Below, piece by piece: positions 62,078-64,000 of a stretch of DNA of 64,000 bases. Source of the DNA: Folioceros fuciformis (Eukaryota). Within the stretch, counting starts at the first letter, position 1, and every line of letters starts with the position of its first letter. The notes beneath the pieces were generated by a model that searched no databases, was not told where the DNA came from, and saw only the letters and a program-made list of their open reading frames with translations. The translations under genes were made by a program, and so were the position numbers. Location of the stretch: the NCBI GenBank assembly GCA_049999805.1, contig JBNGIO010005925.1, positions 37,673-101,672 of the forward strand, written 5' to 3'.

Positions 62078-64000
62078 CTACCTGGACAGCACGCCGTTGG
62101 CAGAGTGGTCGAAGACCGAATTTCTCGTCACTTCCCCCACGGGGAACTGCCGATTGGCTTGACCACTTGTGACTTCCGGATTCCGCTGCCCGTTGAAGTA
62201 GACGGAGTAAGGAAAATACTCCGAGCACCGCTGCCTCCACCCTGAACATATGTACGTAGGTTGTGCGCATTTCAGCTATACAAGGAAACAAGGAGATGGG
62301 TGAAAAAGGATGTCAGTAGTGCGAAAAGGCTTACGAGAGCCTGCGTCGACATCGTTGAATGTGTTGCCCAGAATTTTGTGGGTCTCTATAGCATCTTCCA
62401 ACTCCCATTCGCCCACCCCCTCCGCAACTGCTCCACCCCTGCTTTAGCATGACGACAAGAGAGCAGTGAACTGCTGTGCGTCCACTGAGGGAATGGAAGG
62501 ATATGTGGAGATGACAAGCACTACAACATCGCGACACATACCTGGGAGTTGGCTTATTGACCGAAGATTCAATGATCTCCACTGCCTTCTCTTTCGAATC
62601 TGGAGACAAGAGGAGGACAACTTTCGCTGCTGACACCCTATGCCGCAATGATTCTGCATGCCAACAATTTACCATTACTCTAGACAGCACAAAAGAATGA
62701 TAGGCCTGGATGCAGTTGACAAAACTCGATTCCCACGGACCAGAATGAGCCTCGAGAAACGCGTCATTAGCATCCTTCAGGGATTTCCCAGCCAAGCTCC
62801 TGTGACAGGTGCCCCAAGAAAGGTTCTCTAAGAATGAGCGTTGAATGAAGTCCGCCATGGAAACTCCTCTCACAAGCCAAACCGAAGCAAGATGCAGTCC
62901 AAGTTGAATTGCAAAGGCTTAAACGTACGATAAAGTCTCTCTTTCCAATTTCAGCACACTTCGCACAAGGTTTTCCGAATCTGTTTGCGCAGCAGGAAGG
63001 CCATCCACAGCATGAAACAGCCGTATCTGCAAAATGAAACAACTGCATCAGTCACAGCACCATGCATACAACTTCCCGCTGTGATAGCATCAAGGCCGAC
63101 AAAGTGACCCATATTTTCAGTTCCCAGCTTGACGAACAGACCAGCACTTACCAAACACTCATGAACATCTGGGTCCTCCGCATTTATTCTCAACTGTCGC
63201 TTCACCGCCTGCAAGGTCAATTAAAACGGTTTCAATGAGTAACACCGAGGTCAGATGTGATCAAGAACACACAATCCTCGACAGCACCAACATTGCACCT
63301 CAAAGTTTGGGACAATTCACAAGCAATTTTAACGACACCATTCATCAAGAGCTGGGTGTACGTCACACCATACCTTACCTTTATGAACTCCACTGTCTGT
63401 TGGACATAGAAAAATCACCCAGAAAAAATCTAAAAACATATCCCTATGATCCGGTATTCTCAGCCCATATTTGTAATCACTAAAGCTTCAGAAGTAGCTG
63501 ATTATCATGACATCACAGAATATCGGATACCATTTGCATTTAGGCATTCCCAGAACACATCATGGACCAAAAAAGATTCATATCAAAGCGGTAACATCAC
63601 ATTCCCTTCGTTCTTGAGCACTGTGCATAGGCACTCTTGCTTCTAACTGATGGAAAACAGCATCCGATTTTCTTGACAAGAGAAAGGAGGATATGACCAG
63701 CAGTTTTGACTTATGCAGCAGTGATCAATCAAACACGGACGGCACCAAACGACCACTCTCAAGTGCAATAAAATGCAGCTCCATCCACACGATGCATACA
63801 GATGTCCCAAAATGGCTACATACCTGTAAAGCAAGGAGGGTCTTGCCCCTACGAAAGTAAACTTCAAACGCCAGCAAATGTGTCTCAAGTGAAAGGGAAG
63901 AATGATCTTGCAAGAGCTTCAAATATTTCAGACTCTCTTGAAGAGGATGTTCAACCTGCTCACCAAAGTAGTTTCGGGTTGGACTTACAATTGAGCAAAT
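62078..64000 (-). CDS. NAA15: NatA auxiliary subunit NAA15/16, 3' exons (5' end outside window)
   Basis: KYLKLLQDHS..SLETHLLAFEVY.R.GK.LLALQ|AVKRQL, SLRHRV.AA, WRQRCSEYFPYSVYF; stop TAG at 62078. Confidence 0.88.

Overview
Gene-dense eukaryotic nuclear DNA from a land plant, with short GT-AG introns. A seed-free plant is likely: the compact layout and a PLS-class PPR with elongated 'LL' motifs suggest a hornwort, though a fern or lycophyte is not excluded (inference). About 18 protein-coding genes are recognisable: the 3' end of a pectin acetylesterase, a tail-to-tail pair of alkenal/quinone oxidoreductases, an EMB1923-like gene, ALKBH1, LPA2, TOP3A, PetM, RPL18A, an OEX1-like 5'-3' exonuclease, an AMT2 ammonium transporter, FKBP16-3, two convergent PLS-E+ PPR genes, TruB, CYP40/SQN, a stand-alone homoserine dehydrogenase, a conserved unknown membrane protein, a ZIFL MFS transporter and the 3' part of NAA15. 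Accessory DNA includes two back-to-back Copia remnants, a Gypsy remnant whose integrase is followed by a decayed PHD finger, a disabled RPL18A duplicate, PPR debris, a cryptic intron-less PEBP (FT/TFL1/MFT family) relic, minisatellites and three N gaps. One gap looks spurious because its flanks overlap in frame. There is no CRISPR array, rRNA or tRNA. I found no convincing novel multi-gene system; the best leads are the PEBP relic, the PHD-bearing retroelement, the DYW-less PPR pair and the isolated AMT2 with a candidate nitrate-responsive element.
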